From assembly GCA_010015805.1 (NCBI GenBank), contig ML978123.1:248001-312000 (forward strand): a stretch of DNA of 64,000 nucleotides, given 5' to 3'. The position numbers and the translations under genes were made by a program. Every line of letters begins with the position of its first letter. Position 1 is the first letter of the stretch. The stretch is from Rhizodiscina lignyota. Taxonomy: Eukaryota. Shown piece after piece: positions 13,385 through 26,000 of this stretch. The notes under the pieces were generated by a model. The model searched no databases. It saw nothing but the letters and a program-made list of their open reading frames with translations, and was not told where the DNA came from.

Positions 13385-15035
13385 ATGGCAAATGGCTCGA
13401 AAGCCCTTGGGACCGGTATTCTTTAGATTTCCTCAGACTCTATTGCCCAATATCTTTTTTCCTGCAAGGATTGTGTTAAAAATAACATTTCCAAAGAATA
13501 TACCTTGCGGGGATTAAACACAAGATGTTGGGCGCTGTATTATGGGAGCAGCGAGAGGACCAATATTTATTTGCAAAGCAAATTCCGAATCCAAGGTTAT
13601 GGAACATATCGTACTTGGGTAGTCGGCTTTCCTCAAGGGAGATTCCGCTACGCAACAGAAGATTAGCAGAGATGCCTTTATTTAAGCTCAATAACATGTA
13701 TTCCATTTCAAGGATGAGACTTCAAGTGCTGAGTGATATACTTTCTCGATTCATTGTCACTAACGAGTAACCAATTTCGGATCGTCTATGAGCAGATCTC
13801 CAATTTTCGGCAGCTTGCTCACCGCCGAAATATAGAGTCGCCACGTGCTGGTGCCACGGAGACGAGCGTGGAATTAGAGTAAGGGTTACACCTGGGGTCA
13901 AGGTTCCAGCTCGCGCCCGAGTTGAAGGTCGAGATACGCCCCGTGGGAGACACTTCTTTAATGCCTGCGGTTCTCAAGCGACGAATCTGGCGTACCATCG
14001 CGGAAATCCTCACCCCTGCTCTGTACCATTAGTATGCAACAACAGCAACAACAACAACCGGCAAATAACGTAACCATCTGTAAGTACAGAGTATTTCTCT
14101 TTCTATTTGGTGGTTGTGCTTGGTGGCAGAGGAGAGCGTAACGGAATCGTCGGGCCTGTCCAGCCTCACAGCGATCGCAAGCTCCTTCGGAGGAGAGCAG
14201 GTGTCGCTCAGAAGGTAGAGTTACTTAGCCCTAGGTAGCCCTATGGCAGTGAAGAGTTGTCTGTGATGTTTCGCTTAGGACCAGCCTGGAAGCATTAAAG
14301 GGGTTTCCTTCCCCATGGGGCGAAGAGTACCGAGATGCGATCCTTCCCGTCCCGCCCTTCGGTCATCTGGACTCGCTCCGTATCATGTTCCGTTACTGTA
14401 TAATCCACGTGCACTTTGCACATTCGTTTGCCTTCTTCGCAAATTTGCTGCCTTCTTCCAGCCCACGGTTAGCCAATGCCGCTCAATCGCTCGTAGGAAC
14501 CATGACTCCGACTTGCTCCATGTGTGCGGCAGACGCGAGCTGCATCAGTATTTGTGACAAGCATCGCTCGCATGACGCAGGTCAACGTTGACACTAACAG
14601 GTCTGGCGCTCCATTACACATGCAGCTTACTGACAATCCAAGCTGAAGGAGCCAACGTCGACGCTGCCGTACCTCTGTCGGCAGGGTTCAGGCTGCCTCT
14701 GTGCTTGCCGGAGTGCGGCTCTCGAGGCAGCTTGGAGCTGCCGGACCGCCCGACTTGCCTCTCTCCTAGATAATTCAACGCGACCGACGCATACCTTGTA
14801 ACGACAATTGGCACTTTTCGTGCCGGAGCATCTCATGAAGCGTTGCCACCCGGGTTTTGCTAAGCTCATTTTTGAGAGATAACCCTCTTACATTAGCTCA
14901 GCCATGCCTTAGGCGCCAAAACTGCAAGTTTAACAGCTCTACTTACGGCCCCCAACATATTCACAGTGTTGATTTCTTTCTATTTTGTCACACTATTACG
15001 CTCTCATCGTCATTTCTTTACTATAACTCCCACAG

Positions 15036-18000
15036 ATGTCTTTTTATCCTCACTCTGGGGCTCCTAGCAGTCCTTATTTCGCTCCGGCTCCCGAGTCAGA
15101 CGAAAGCCCTCCGTTAGGCAGTAATCTCGGCATTACAAGCGCGAGCTCCACATCTTCCACCGGTATGGTGTGGTTAGAGGGGACACCGCACCGTCCTCCC
15201 TTAGGCGCCGGCGTCACATTATCAACTGCCGGCAATCCCAGCATCTCTGGCGACCAATGGTCCTGGGACGCCCCATCGATCGCTTTCGAGACGAATGAAG
15301 AGACACCTGATCTGGAAGAGACGATGGGAGATGTTGAATCGCTGGTCGAAATGGATGTCGCGGAAGTCCAACCACAATGGGGTCTTGGAACGTCTGCCCT
15401 GTCGGTCAACGGCATCCCTCCTTTCGACATACATGGCGCCAGGGCCTCTCTTTTTACCTTTCAGGGCTCACACGTCGCACGCACAGATACTTTTGCTTAT
15501 GGGATTAATGATCCCGTGCCTTCACAAAACCTGTCATGGCCATCCATACCGATCCATGAGCCTCAGGCCACCAGTGCTGACCCATTGGGGCTGTACAACC
15601 CGGACTTTCTATCAGGAAGACCATTTGTACACATTAATGATAATGCCCGAGATACAAATGCCTCTCCTCTTGAGTTCAGAAGCGATATTCAGCAGTGGAC
15701 GAAGCAGCCCCTCTACGGTGACGTCCATACCGCCATTCTTCCCCGCCTTTACGATGTCCCCAAAGTCTATCCACCAGGAAGGTACTCCGACTTTGATATA
15801 CATTGTTGGCAAGAAGCTGGAGCGAAGAATTTTGACAGCCACCTTATTGGTCCAATTCCGCTTGATCAACCACAGCTCGCTGTCGATTCTCGTATTCCTT
15901 TGGCACTATCTTCACTGGCCAGAGATCCTCTTCCTGTCAACGGACCAGTCCAAGCCTGTCACCCAGGCATAGCTCATCGACATCCCACAGGCGTTCAAAA
16001 TGACTTCACTTTTATCCCATTAGAACCATGGGATGAGACTACCGGATTTCAGGATCCGAACAACCCTTCATATTTGAGATCGTTTCAACCCTTTCAAACC
16101 CCATTCACCTCTTTGGACAGCTCCATGAATAGCTCGGGACTCAGATTCGAGGGTCACCGCGAGCAAGGAGGCTCAAGCGAATATACAGCTTTTCTTTGCG
16201 ATGGACATGCTCAGTCCAGTCTCCGAAATCCAAACAGTCGAATTTATTCTCCATATGCTTTAACTGAGTCATCTAGATCATATGGCCCTAGTGGGAGCTC
16301 TGATAGTCTGCAACCAGAGTCCTTTCTCGGCCAGGTCCCCGCGAATGATCCTGCGGAGCAGTCAGTGGTCTCCGATCCAGTTCTCTCCCAACACCAACGC
16401 CGGCGACGCAAGACCTCCGCCTTCTTTCGGCATACTCCCTATACTATGACTGCACTTCGCAAATATCCATTGAATCGTGACCTCCCAACACATTTCCTAG
16501 TGCGACAGGAGAAGAGGCCGGAGAAGGGGAGCGGCAAGACTGTGACAAGGCAAAGGAACGCATGCCAACACTGCTCGACACAAAAAAGACATGTGAGTAG
16601 AAACCCTACTTTGAGTCTGTTTGACGTCTTGCTAACAACATCAAGTGCAACCCTCCTAACAAACGCCCGTGTGACTACTGTTTGTCCCTAGCGTCAGAGA
16701 TCCATCTCATCGCGCAACGTATCTGTTTCAAACAAAAAGAACGAGCGCTCGAATTTCGCAACATGATTCCGGGTAGGTTCTGTGGCTACGGCTAGTATCA
16801 GCTTAAATGCTAATGTTATGTAAGATTTCTTTAACATCAACGTACACAATCGGGACTTGGCGACGGGAGTCAAGAGCCTGGTTTTCAAACCGATAACCAG
16901 AAAGCTTGTCCACCCACCTTCAGAAATCAATGGCCAGGCCCTTCCAGTGAGAAGCGTTGCTCCACTAGAGGCTCAATTTGAATGCTGTCTGGATCTGCCG
17001 TCACTCATATCCCCTTCCACTGCTACCTCAGAAGTCAGTCTGACCAAAGAGATATGTGCAATGACCCACCAATTGCAGAAGAGAGGAAATGGGATATTCG
17101 AAGCCTTTGACTCCGGCCCGACACTCGAAGGAACTATAGACAGCGAAGGAGAAAAGAAGATCATCTCCGAGGAATTTGCGATTTTACTCATTGCCTTCGT
17201 CGCTGTTAAATTCTCGATGATGCCCATGTCAAAACGCAATGGCGCTAAGATCAGTGCGACCCCAAGTAAGTCTTCCAAATATGACTGCATCTATCTTCGA
17301 TAACTTGCGACGTCTAGCTGCAAACGGAGGGCCATTGAGAGATGTCTTTAACAAAAGAGATCTATTGCAACTGTATGCAGAGTTCGACCAATTTCGCATT
17401 GTTCCGAGCACGTTGCAGAGCGTTGAGGATATGATCCAATGGGGCATGTCTGACGTTGGGGAGAGAGCACGTCATGATCCTAAGAATGTCGAGCTCTGCC
17501 TTGACATTTTGCTCCTTTCTTATGTCGAGCACAATCAGGATCGACACAAGCAAGGAAATGTTCTAGTGAGTTTGCCTGAGATGCGTTAAGGACCAGTACT
17601 CTAACTTCCTCAGTGTTGCCTTGCGGAGAAAATCTCAAAGATGGCAGCGCTCAGCAAATTCCTTGACGACCGTGCACCCATCTACAAAGATGTCTTTGAC
17701 GAAACTCTCAGAGCCCACATGATCAATACATGGAGGTCGGCAAGAGTGGAAAGGGCTGTTAAGCGACAGTGGTTTACGCGAGCGGCAAAAGGGGTCACGG
17801 GGCTGGAGAAAGACATCCTCAGCATGATTGATATCGTCTTTGCAAAACCTGGTCGTCGTGTGACCCCACACTGCTCCGATCCCGTCATTTTCGGATTGTG
17901 TGTAAGGAGGATGTCACTCCATTACCGCCGCCAGTGTCTGAAGGGGTGCGAATTGTTTGGCAAAGGTACCCCAGTTGATCCAATTCTTCTCCTTCGCTTT

Positions 18001-18422
18001 TAATTTGATCTTGATACTGACTCATAGATTTAGACGAGGTTGACCGATTCGAGAATGGCGAAAAGATGTATGACTTGATGGTTAGACAGTACGTTCAGGT
18101 CTACGAAGGGACCCTTTCACCACTCTGCAAGGATTGGGATCGCGAAAAGCACAAGAGTGCCTTTGACTACGACGAAGGCCTGGTTCGCAAATTTGAGCAG
18201 TACAAGGCTGCGGAAGAGCATCATTGTGAGTGTTCTCCCAACTTTCAAAACAAGAGCTGAATATAGCTTTCAGATCATCATGAGCTTCGTAAAGAGTTCG
18301 ACGGCGTCTACCTTGCCCTTTTTGTCAACAAGGAAAACCAGAAGCATCATTCTTTGAAGAAGGAATGGCAGAGTTTTAGATTTTCACCAGAGTCAATCTC
18401 CCGAGGTTTCGGATGCTTGTAG
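15036..18422 (+). CDS. Multi-exon protein with internal Zn(II)2Cys6-like cluster (putative transcription factor)
   Basis: Long Ser/Pro-rich exon ending RQRNACQHCSTQKRH, intron 16593..~16645, then CNPPNKRPCDYC...IC. Further GT-AG introns at about 16772-16824, 17266-17317, 17565-17613, 17966-18026 and 18226-18273 join the successive ORF pieces; stop at 18420-18422. Confidence 0.6.
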
Positions 18423-18557
18423 GTAGTGCTGCTTTCCGCATTTGTGAGATATTAATTATCACTGTTTGAATTTTGTGGAATTAAACTGAAGAACTTGATA
18501 CGCTTCCTTCCTCACGCTTAATTTCATCCTGACAATACACTCCAGGCATGACTGCCG

Positions 18558-19136
18558 TTAAGGATCTTCTTCGTCCTTGATTACCACACCATCCCACTTT
18601 CCTCCTAGTCCATGACAAAACCGACAATGAAGACCTCTTCCCAACCCAGCGCATTCATCACAAGACGACTTCAGAATTCGAAACCCATTTCCTCGGCATT
18701 CCGCGCAAGACCAGCGTGTTGCAGATTCAGCTGACCCACCGCGTCCGGCACCTTTGCATAACGTACACACTTGGTGTCGCAGTCTGATTCCGTCGCCGTG
18801 ACAGGAGAAGCATGTGTACTTGCCCTGCCCTTTGCAGGTCGGGCAGGTCTCCCACTCCTGTTCTTGTTCTTGTACAGGGCCGCATTCATCCATGTCGTCG
18901 CAACTTTGATCCGAGGAAGCGTCGCCGACATCCTCAGAAAAGATGCACGAAGGATCATGCTCTACAGGACTAGTGGAGCGGCTATGGTCTGCAATAATTC
19001 GTTCCGCACATGTGCCGCAACGACGAGCTTTGTCGAAGTCGTTCCATCCAGTTGCTTCTCTACAGATGGAGCGGTGGACGCTGTCGGTTCCTATATCCAT
19101 GCCCCCTCGGCATTGGTCAGCTATTTGATCTACCAT
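18558..19136 (-). CDS. DnaJ-type cysteine-rich zinc-finger protein (six CxxCxGxG repeats, no J domain)
   Basis: CPTCKGQG, CFSCHGDG, CTLCKGAG, CAECRGNG, CDECAGLG, CRFCHGLG; no HPD motif. Confidence 0.75.
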   Translation of the reverse strand: MVDQIADQCRGGMDIGTDSVHRSICREATGWNDFDKARRCGTCAERIIADHSRSTSPVEHDPSCIFSEDVGDASSDQSCDDMDECGPVQEQEQEWETCPTCKGQGKYTCFSCHGDGIRLRHQVCTLCKGAGRGGSAESATRWSCAECRGNGFRILKSSCDECAGLGRGLHCRFCHGLGGKWDGVVIKDEEDP

Positions 19137-20656
19137 ATTTGTTCAAAGTATTAAATACCGGACTACGTCCAACAGTAATGCAGTATCGGACGATGATGGA
19201 TTGAGTTTAAATATTGATGAGCGCTCGGGAACATTGACCGGATGTCAGAAGATTCGCCGTTCATTTATACATTGAGTTTTAGGCGATCGTAAGAGTCTCT
19301 CCAGCACAACATCCTGCTGAGTTTCGAGAAATCTGTATGGCTCGATTTCTAGAGTCCGGCGAGCCGCTCAGGTCGCCTGCACGGCGCCCACCACGCGCAT
19401 GGGTAACGAAAAACATGAGAAGAGCGCAGGCCCATCGTTGATTTGATGAATCAACTCGGAACTGAATCGTGTATAATGTTCGGGCGTGTCAGGCTCGGAA
19501 TCGAGGCAGACGGTAAGGAAAGTCGTCCATTGCCGGAGTGCAAATTAATTTCTTGTGACTTGCCGGACCAGAACCTAACAAGGCAACGGCCTAGGCTGGC
19601 TTCTGGTCTTGGTTAACCGCACTTCTCGCTCCGTGGCCTGATTCGACGAGTCTCCAGCGCCTGAACGGAGCGCGGCCACGTTGAACAAGGATTTCTGGTC
19701 CGGCAACCGATGCCTGCAGGACAGGTGGTCCGGCAATGCAAGGCCACGTTTGAGTACTTACCAGCTCACTTACATACCACTATAAAGAATTATTTTAATA
19801 TCGATCACAATATGCGTTAATTGTCGCAACCCCTTTGCCGTGCGTTCGGTTTTTTCAATTTTGGCGCGTTAGCCTTAGCATACCCTGCCTGACTCATTCT
19901 AGGCCTCGTTGTCGCCGCCCGCCCTGCCATCGAAGCCGGAGACTTCAAGTCGCAGCTTGTGTACTAGTGTACTGAGCAAGCATACTCAACAGCTACATTT
20001 GCAGTCAGTAGGCACTGTGTTGAGACGTATTCTGGCTAGCAGAGCATACACACTTTGCGAGCACATGGAATCCTCTCCGATCCAAACGTTCCCTTTTGTG
20101 CCCTATCGGTAGTTCCGAGCTGAGGGCACAATCTCGTTTGTAGGTGAAACAACCACCATTCGCGTCGATTAAGGGACCCAAAGTCGTTTTATGTTTATAG
20201 CACCATTATCTCCGTGCCGCGTTTCTCTAAACTTCAAACAACAGTCCGGGATTCTTGTCCAGCTAGATGGCCAACTGTTCGATCTACACGACCGTCACTG
20301 AGCGCTAGATCTACCGCTCACGTTTTCCATGTGCCTTGAATTGCGGCTCTTCCACTTCGCCAGAAATTGATCTGCGTGATTGATTTGACTTCGACATGCT
20401 CATTTGACCTTCTGCCTGCCTCATGCTACAGTAGCTTGGCCTTCCGGCGCAATAAATGGAGCTATCGTCGACACTCTCTAAATTCTCATTCTTCCCACTT
20501 TTCACTGCACGCTCTCTTTCTTTTGCCTCCAGTCACTCGTTTATTCTCTTCATATTGTCATCTTCACTGTGTGAAGCTGGGACGCCCTTTGTATAACATT
20601 CATCACTCTCCCTTCTGAACTCGAGGCATCAAAACCTTATTACTTGACTCGAGACA

Positions 20657-21649
20657 ATGTCTGTCACTCTCAAAGCGGCAGCCTTGTTGGGCATCTTTGC
20701 TAGCAGTGCTCTCGCTCACGGCACTGTCAGTGGCATTCGTGCTGATGGCGTCTACAGCGAAGGATGGCAGCTCTCGTACTACTACGACATTCAAAACGGG
20801 GTAGCGTTCCCTCCGACTCCAGGCTGGTACGCAGAGAATCTCGACAACGGCTTCATCTCACCAGACAATTACACCGACCCCAATATAATTTGCCACAAGA
20901 ACGCCCGCAACGCCAACATCACAGCGACGGTCAAGGCCGGCGGGACCATAGACTTCTTGTGGACTCCCTGGCCTGCTAGCCACATCGGGCCTGTATTCAC
21001 ATACGTCGCCAACTGCGACGGCAACTGCTCGGCTGTGGACAAGACAACGCTTGAATGGGTCAAGATTGACGAAGGAGGTATCAACTTTGATACTCAGACA
21101 TGGGCAACTGCCGATCTGATCGCCAACAACAATACCTGGACGACCAAGGTACCCTCGACCCTCGCTGCCGGACAGTACGTGTTCCGACATGAGATCATTG
21201 CAATGCACGGAGCCGAGGCTGAGGACGGTGCGCAAAACTACCCGCAGTGCCTCAACATCGAGATCACAGGCTCAGGGACGGACAAGCCAGAGGGAACACT
21301 TGGAACGAAGCTGTACACCCCCACAGAGCCTGGCATTCTCTTTAACCCATACACGACCCTCACGAACTACACGATTCCAGGTCCTCCTCTGTACAGTGGA
21401 GCGTCGACTGCGGTTGTCTCAGCAGTCGCTTCTTCCGGTGCCGCCACATCTGCTGCTTCTTCCTCTGCTGCTGCTACATCGGCCACTTCTGCGGCCACGG
21501 TTACTCCGCCGTCCAGTGCAGCAGCGCCTGCCAGCACTTCAACCGCCCCTGGTGCCTCCGATGTAGCTCCTTCGAGCTCCAGTTCTGCTTTGACATCTGC
21601 ACCATCCGCGTGTAAGCGCAGGCGTCATGCTCGTGACATTGTTTCCTAG
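20657..21649 (+). CDS. AA9 (GH61) lytic polysaccharide monooxygenase, secreted, with Ser/Ala/Thr-rich tail
   Basis: 20-aa signal peptide then N-terminal His (HGTV), [32 protein letters not shown] motifs. Confidence 0.95.
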   Translation: MSVTLKAAALLGIFASSALAHGTVSGIRADGVYSEGWQLSYYYDIQNGVAFPPTPGWYAENLDNGFISPDNYTDPNIICHKNARNANITATVKAGGTIDFLWTPWPASHIGPVFTYVANCDGNCSAVDKTTLEWVKIDEGGINFDTQTWATADLIANNNTWTTKVPSTLAAGQYVFRHEIIAMHGAEAEDGAQNYPQCLNIEITGSGTDKPEGTLGTKLYTPTEPGILFNPYTTLTNYTIPGPPLYSGASTAVVSAVASSGAATSAASSSAAATSATSAATVTPPSSAAAPASTSTAPGASDVAPSSSSSALTSAPSACKRRRHARDIVS

Positions 21650-22272
21650 GTGGGATGGACAATGAGACCGCCTGAGGCTGAATTTGGATTCTTGTATATA
21701 GTTATACTGTTGAAGGACGGCGAGGCGAGGAAAGGATTGAGTTCCATTCAATGTACATATGCTATTTTTAGACACCGTTGTCTCCCATTGGAATAAAGTC
21801 GATGACTTTTGAAAGGGTGATACGTCCTTTTGCGAAAAGTGTCTCATCTGTGCGAACCTCCTGATACAGTAATCAGTTCAAGTGAGACATGTTTTTCCCC
21901 ATGTTCCGCCACGGCGAGTGTCGAGAATGCTGAAGTCAGAGGTAGGACACCACCAGAGCTATTTTGCCATGGTAGGAACTCTTATGCAAACCACATATTC
22001 TCCACTCTCGCGTTTTCCTTAATACCTCTAATTACAAAGCAAAGGCTATGAAATATTAATTCTAAAGTGTATCCCTCGACTTCTTCGCATGTGTATTCTC
22101 TAAGTAAAATCTGTTACGGAGGTATTCCGCAACCTGCTGACCAATAATCCCTTTTCTCCTGTACAACGCTTCATTTACCAAACGATTAGTATTCTTATTA
22201 ATATTTCGTCTGCTCATCTTTCTTTTGCATATTTCATGTGTTGGTTCATCTAAAACCCCGATTTTCTATACA

Positions 22273-23007
22273 ATGTCTTCTACTTTCTCGTCTACATCAT
22301 TTACTTCAAATCCGATCATCTCAAGACCACCGCCCTCTGCGGTTATTTACGATCTTAGCTCTCCCACTCACACAACTATAACGTTACCCGTAGGATCCTT
22401 ATGGTCCAGTGAGTTACATTGGCATGAGCGGCACACAGAGTTTCTGCGCGTGATCAAAGGCTCAGTCCGCGTCCGACTCGACAATCGCAGCTTCGTTGTC
22501 AAAGCCCCAAAGGAGTCAAATGAAGAGGCCATTGTACGCGTTGACATCGGCGTACGACATGAGTGGAAACGGGCAGACGCGGATGAAGCGGCGGGAGAGA
22601 AAGACGAAGAGGAGGTCATTGTGATTGAAAGCACCGAGCCGGCAGACACGGAGAAGAGGCTCTTCTTCTGGAATTTGAACGGTGTCATTCTTGAGGCGCA
22701 GCAAGGTTCGACACGAGAACAGCCGAAGTTTTTGGCTGCTCTGATGATGGAATGGCGGATCATGTTGCATTTATTCGTCATTTTCAAGGGACTGGATAAT
22801 TTTCCTGTGTTTTGGGATCTTAGCACCAAGCTCAGTGGCGTCGGGAGCGGCTTGAGAAGCGCAAAGAGAGCAGAAGGGTTAATCACACATGGCATCTTTT
22901 GGCTCGTGAGAATAGCGGGTGCTGCTCTGGGAATGAGGGCGGTGGAAGAGAGGTTCACTCCTAAAGAACTCTACTTGGAATGGAAATCCTCAAAGAAGGA
23001 TCTGTGA
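22273..23007 (+). CDS. Cupin (RmlC-like) domain protein
   Basis: LHWHERHTEFLRVIKG and GVRHEW cupin motifs, followed by KRLFFWNLN; ATG at 22273. Confidence 0.75.
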   Translation: MSSTFSSTSFTSNPIISRPPPSAVIYDLSSPTHTTITLPVGSLWSSELHWHERHTEFLRVIKGSVRVRLDNRSFVVKAPKESNEEAIVRVDIGVRHEWKRADADEAAGEKDEEEVIVIESTEPADTEKRLFFWNLNGVILEAQQGSTREQPKFLAALMMEWRIMLHLFVIFKGLDNFPVFWDLSTKLSGVGSGLRSAKRAEGLITHGIFWLVRIAGAALGMRAVEERFTPKELYLEWKSSKKDL

Positions 23008-23091
23008 TTTCTCAATCTGTACCAACCGGGAAAACTTCTTTTGAATCGCATTATTCAAAGATCGAGTCTCATACTCCCGATCCATCTCGGT

Positions 23092-26000
23092 TCATTGTGG
23101 CAAGCTGATTTCTGTACAGCCTTTGAGTAATCGCCCCCACACTGCCTTGCTTCGAGAGTCCTCGTTATTGCTCTCGATCCCAATCAGCGTTTGCCTGTCG
23201 CCGATGATTATCACGCCAGCTCTTGCTCGTGTCATGGCAACGTTCAGACGCCGCATATCGTCCAGAAACCCGAGTTTGGAATGAACATTGCACCGCACCG
23301 TAACGAAGATGATAATATCCGCTTCACGGCCCTGATAACCATCAATGCTGGAGACTGTATATTTTGGGAGCGCCGATTGTAGCTTTTCTCTCTGTCTCGC
23401 GTATGGCGTGAGGATCGCAATGTCCGAGTCAAGCGGAGTTGGATTTTCTGCGGGACTCGTTGCCGACTCAGGCGCGGAAGAAAGGAGCTTGCAGGTCTGT
23501 CGACACACATTGATTTGCCCATCATTTGACTTCGACTGACCCCCAAGATCCTCAGCGTCCGAGCACTGTATGAATACCTTGCGGGAGTTGGCTGGCCAAG
23601 GAAATTTCGATGCTGTGAGCGGTATCGTTTCCGCGCTCTTTGCTGTCCCAAGTTTGCTCTCATAGAATTCTGCTGAACTGAAAGCACATATGTCTGGGTG
23701 CATTCTGTATTGAGTATCCAGCATAACCCTGGCAATACCAGGGCGCTCCGGCATGCCGTAGTGTCGTTCAAAGAGGGATATATGGTAGTCGACAACCGCA
23801 GCATGTTTCTGAACTGTGGCTCGGAGCTGAACATGGTCGCCAACTAGAATGGCACGCGAACATCCCTTTGTCAGAGGTATCAAGCTCGCCGGTTCTGTCT
23901 GCTGAGAGGCTTCGTCGATGAGTACAACGTCGAAGAGTTCTTGACGAAGCAGGCCTAGCGCAGCGCCTACGCAGGTAGTAAAGACTAGCCTGCTCTCTTC
24001 AACTCGTTTCTGAGCCAACTTATAACCTGAAAAACTGTTTGAGATCTCTTTGCCCACCATCGCATCACAAGTGAACTCGCGTAAGGTGCTTGAGACTTTG
24101 CTAAGCTACACAGCAGTCAGCCGAATCCAGATTGGATAAGCCACCCCAAGAAAGAGGAGCTGTGAAACTCGATTCTGCTAATGAGTAGGGTAATGCTTAC
24201 CGTTGTTGATACCCTTAGTGGCTTGACACCGGTCAACTCTGGACCTTGCTCCATGATAAATCGTTGCAAGATGTTGTCAACGGCGTTGTGGGTGGGTGCT
24301 GTCACTAAGAACCGTTTATGTGGCAGCTGAATGAGCAACTCCTTCAATATAGCAACAATGGTCTTCGTCTTTCCTGTTCCCGGCGGGCCCCACAAGAATG
24401 ACAGAGGGTTTGTCAATGCAGCCGCAAGAGCTGTGTTCTGACTCTCGTTGAGTGCATCGCTATATTTGATGTCCAGCTTGCCCCCAGTGAATTCGATTTG
24501 GTTCTCTTGAAGGCCGACAAGGCTAGCGTACAGCTTGCAATTCGCTGTTTTTCCGGCGTAGAAGACGGTTACGGCATCGAACATTGCCTTGCTGGTAACG
24601 AAAGATCCGCAATGAGTCGGGATCCAGCTACATTCTTTTGCATACGATGGGATGTTATGCAAGCACCGGAACCTGGCCGATCCCAACTCGGAGTTTATGA
24701 CAATCGCATCCATCGAGTACGGTTTGGATATCGGGGCGTTTTGGGGCGGATCCGATGCTCGTAGCCGGACATGGTCACCGGCTCTTAAGGCGTGGACCGG
24801 AGAATCAATGCGCACCGTGGCTTTTACGACACCAAATCCCTCGTCGAGACCATCTGGTATCAAATCCAAATACACTCTTGAGGTTTTGCTAGCGCTTGTA
24901 GCCTCGTCAATATGATCGATCGCAATCCCGATGATGCTTTTGACGAATTGCTGGATGACTGGCAATCTGCCAATTAGTATTCTGCTCGTTTCAGGCTCGA
25001 TGCACTCTAGAAGAATATCTAAGGCCGTTTCCGGATCCTGAACGGAGAGCGCGACAAGCTGTACAATCCCTGAAAGGTCTTGCATAGACATATGCTTTAA
25101 CTCCCGCAGCAGAATTAGAATCGGATCTCGAATGAACGCTTGATGTGAATTGGCAGCAAGAATCAACTGCCTCAGTAGAAGGGGCGCAGTATGCACCAAG
25201 TCATCCTCCAAAGAATCCTTATGGGCTGCCCAAGTCTGTGACTTGAAGAAGAGTGGTACCAAGTACACTACATTCGGGAGGAAGGTCAGAAGAGAGCTGA
25301 CTACTTTGTTCTGCGGAATTGCGCTATTTGGTCGATTGTCAAGAAGATGGGTGTAAATTTCGCGGAGCCGAGTCTTTTCATCCAGGTCCTTGAGCAAAGT
25401 CAAGATATCGAATATGGTGTTAATCGAGGTCAGATGTTGAAATTTGGAGAGATTGTGATCGCGCATTATTTCCGCTACCGATGGATCAAGCTCAGCCCAG
25501 TCGACGTCCTTGATGCTTGGAATCCGGTACTCCTTCTGTTGCTGCTCGAACAGAGGAAGAACCTCGTCAGTGTCAACATAGTGCAACCATTGATCTAGCA
25601 GTTGCATGGACTTGACATCTCTGTTGCTGATGACGAAGATTTCCTTGACCTTGTCAGTACACGGTGCTGCGCCTCGAAGTATTACATACCGCAGCCAGAA
25701 TACCCGCTCTGTTCATCCTACCAACATGTGTTTGGATATCTTTCCCGATTTTTTGAAGAGCGACGCTCGCTCTGCAATCAAAGTTGACTCCTTCTTCGAC
25801 CGTTTGGTGCCTCTGCCTTCTCCGGTCGCCATTGTTCTTGATGTTGCGATGAGACGATTCATCAGACTGGCTTCGAGTTAAGTACACGAAAGTGTTTCCT
25901 CTTTTCAGCTCATAAAGTTGAAATGTTGACTCGTCGCAATATAATCTGAAGTTAACCTTTGTTGGAGTTGCTCTATAGTGCACCGATTGGGACCCTTGTG

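Noticed and set aside
22273..23007. Cupin gene as a third member of the RdRP module
   Set aside because: Only convergent proximity (84 bp); no shared promoter or functional link visible.
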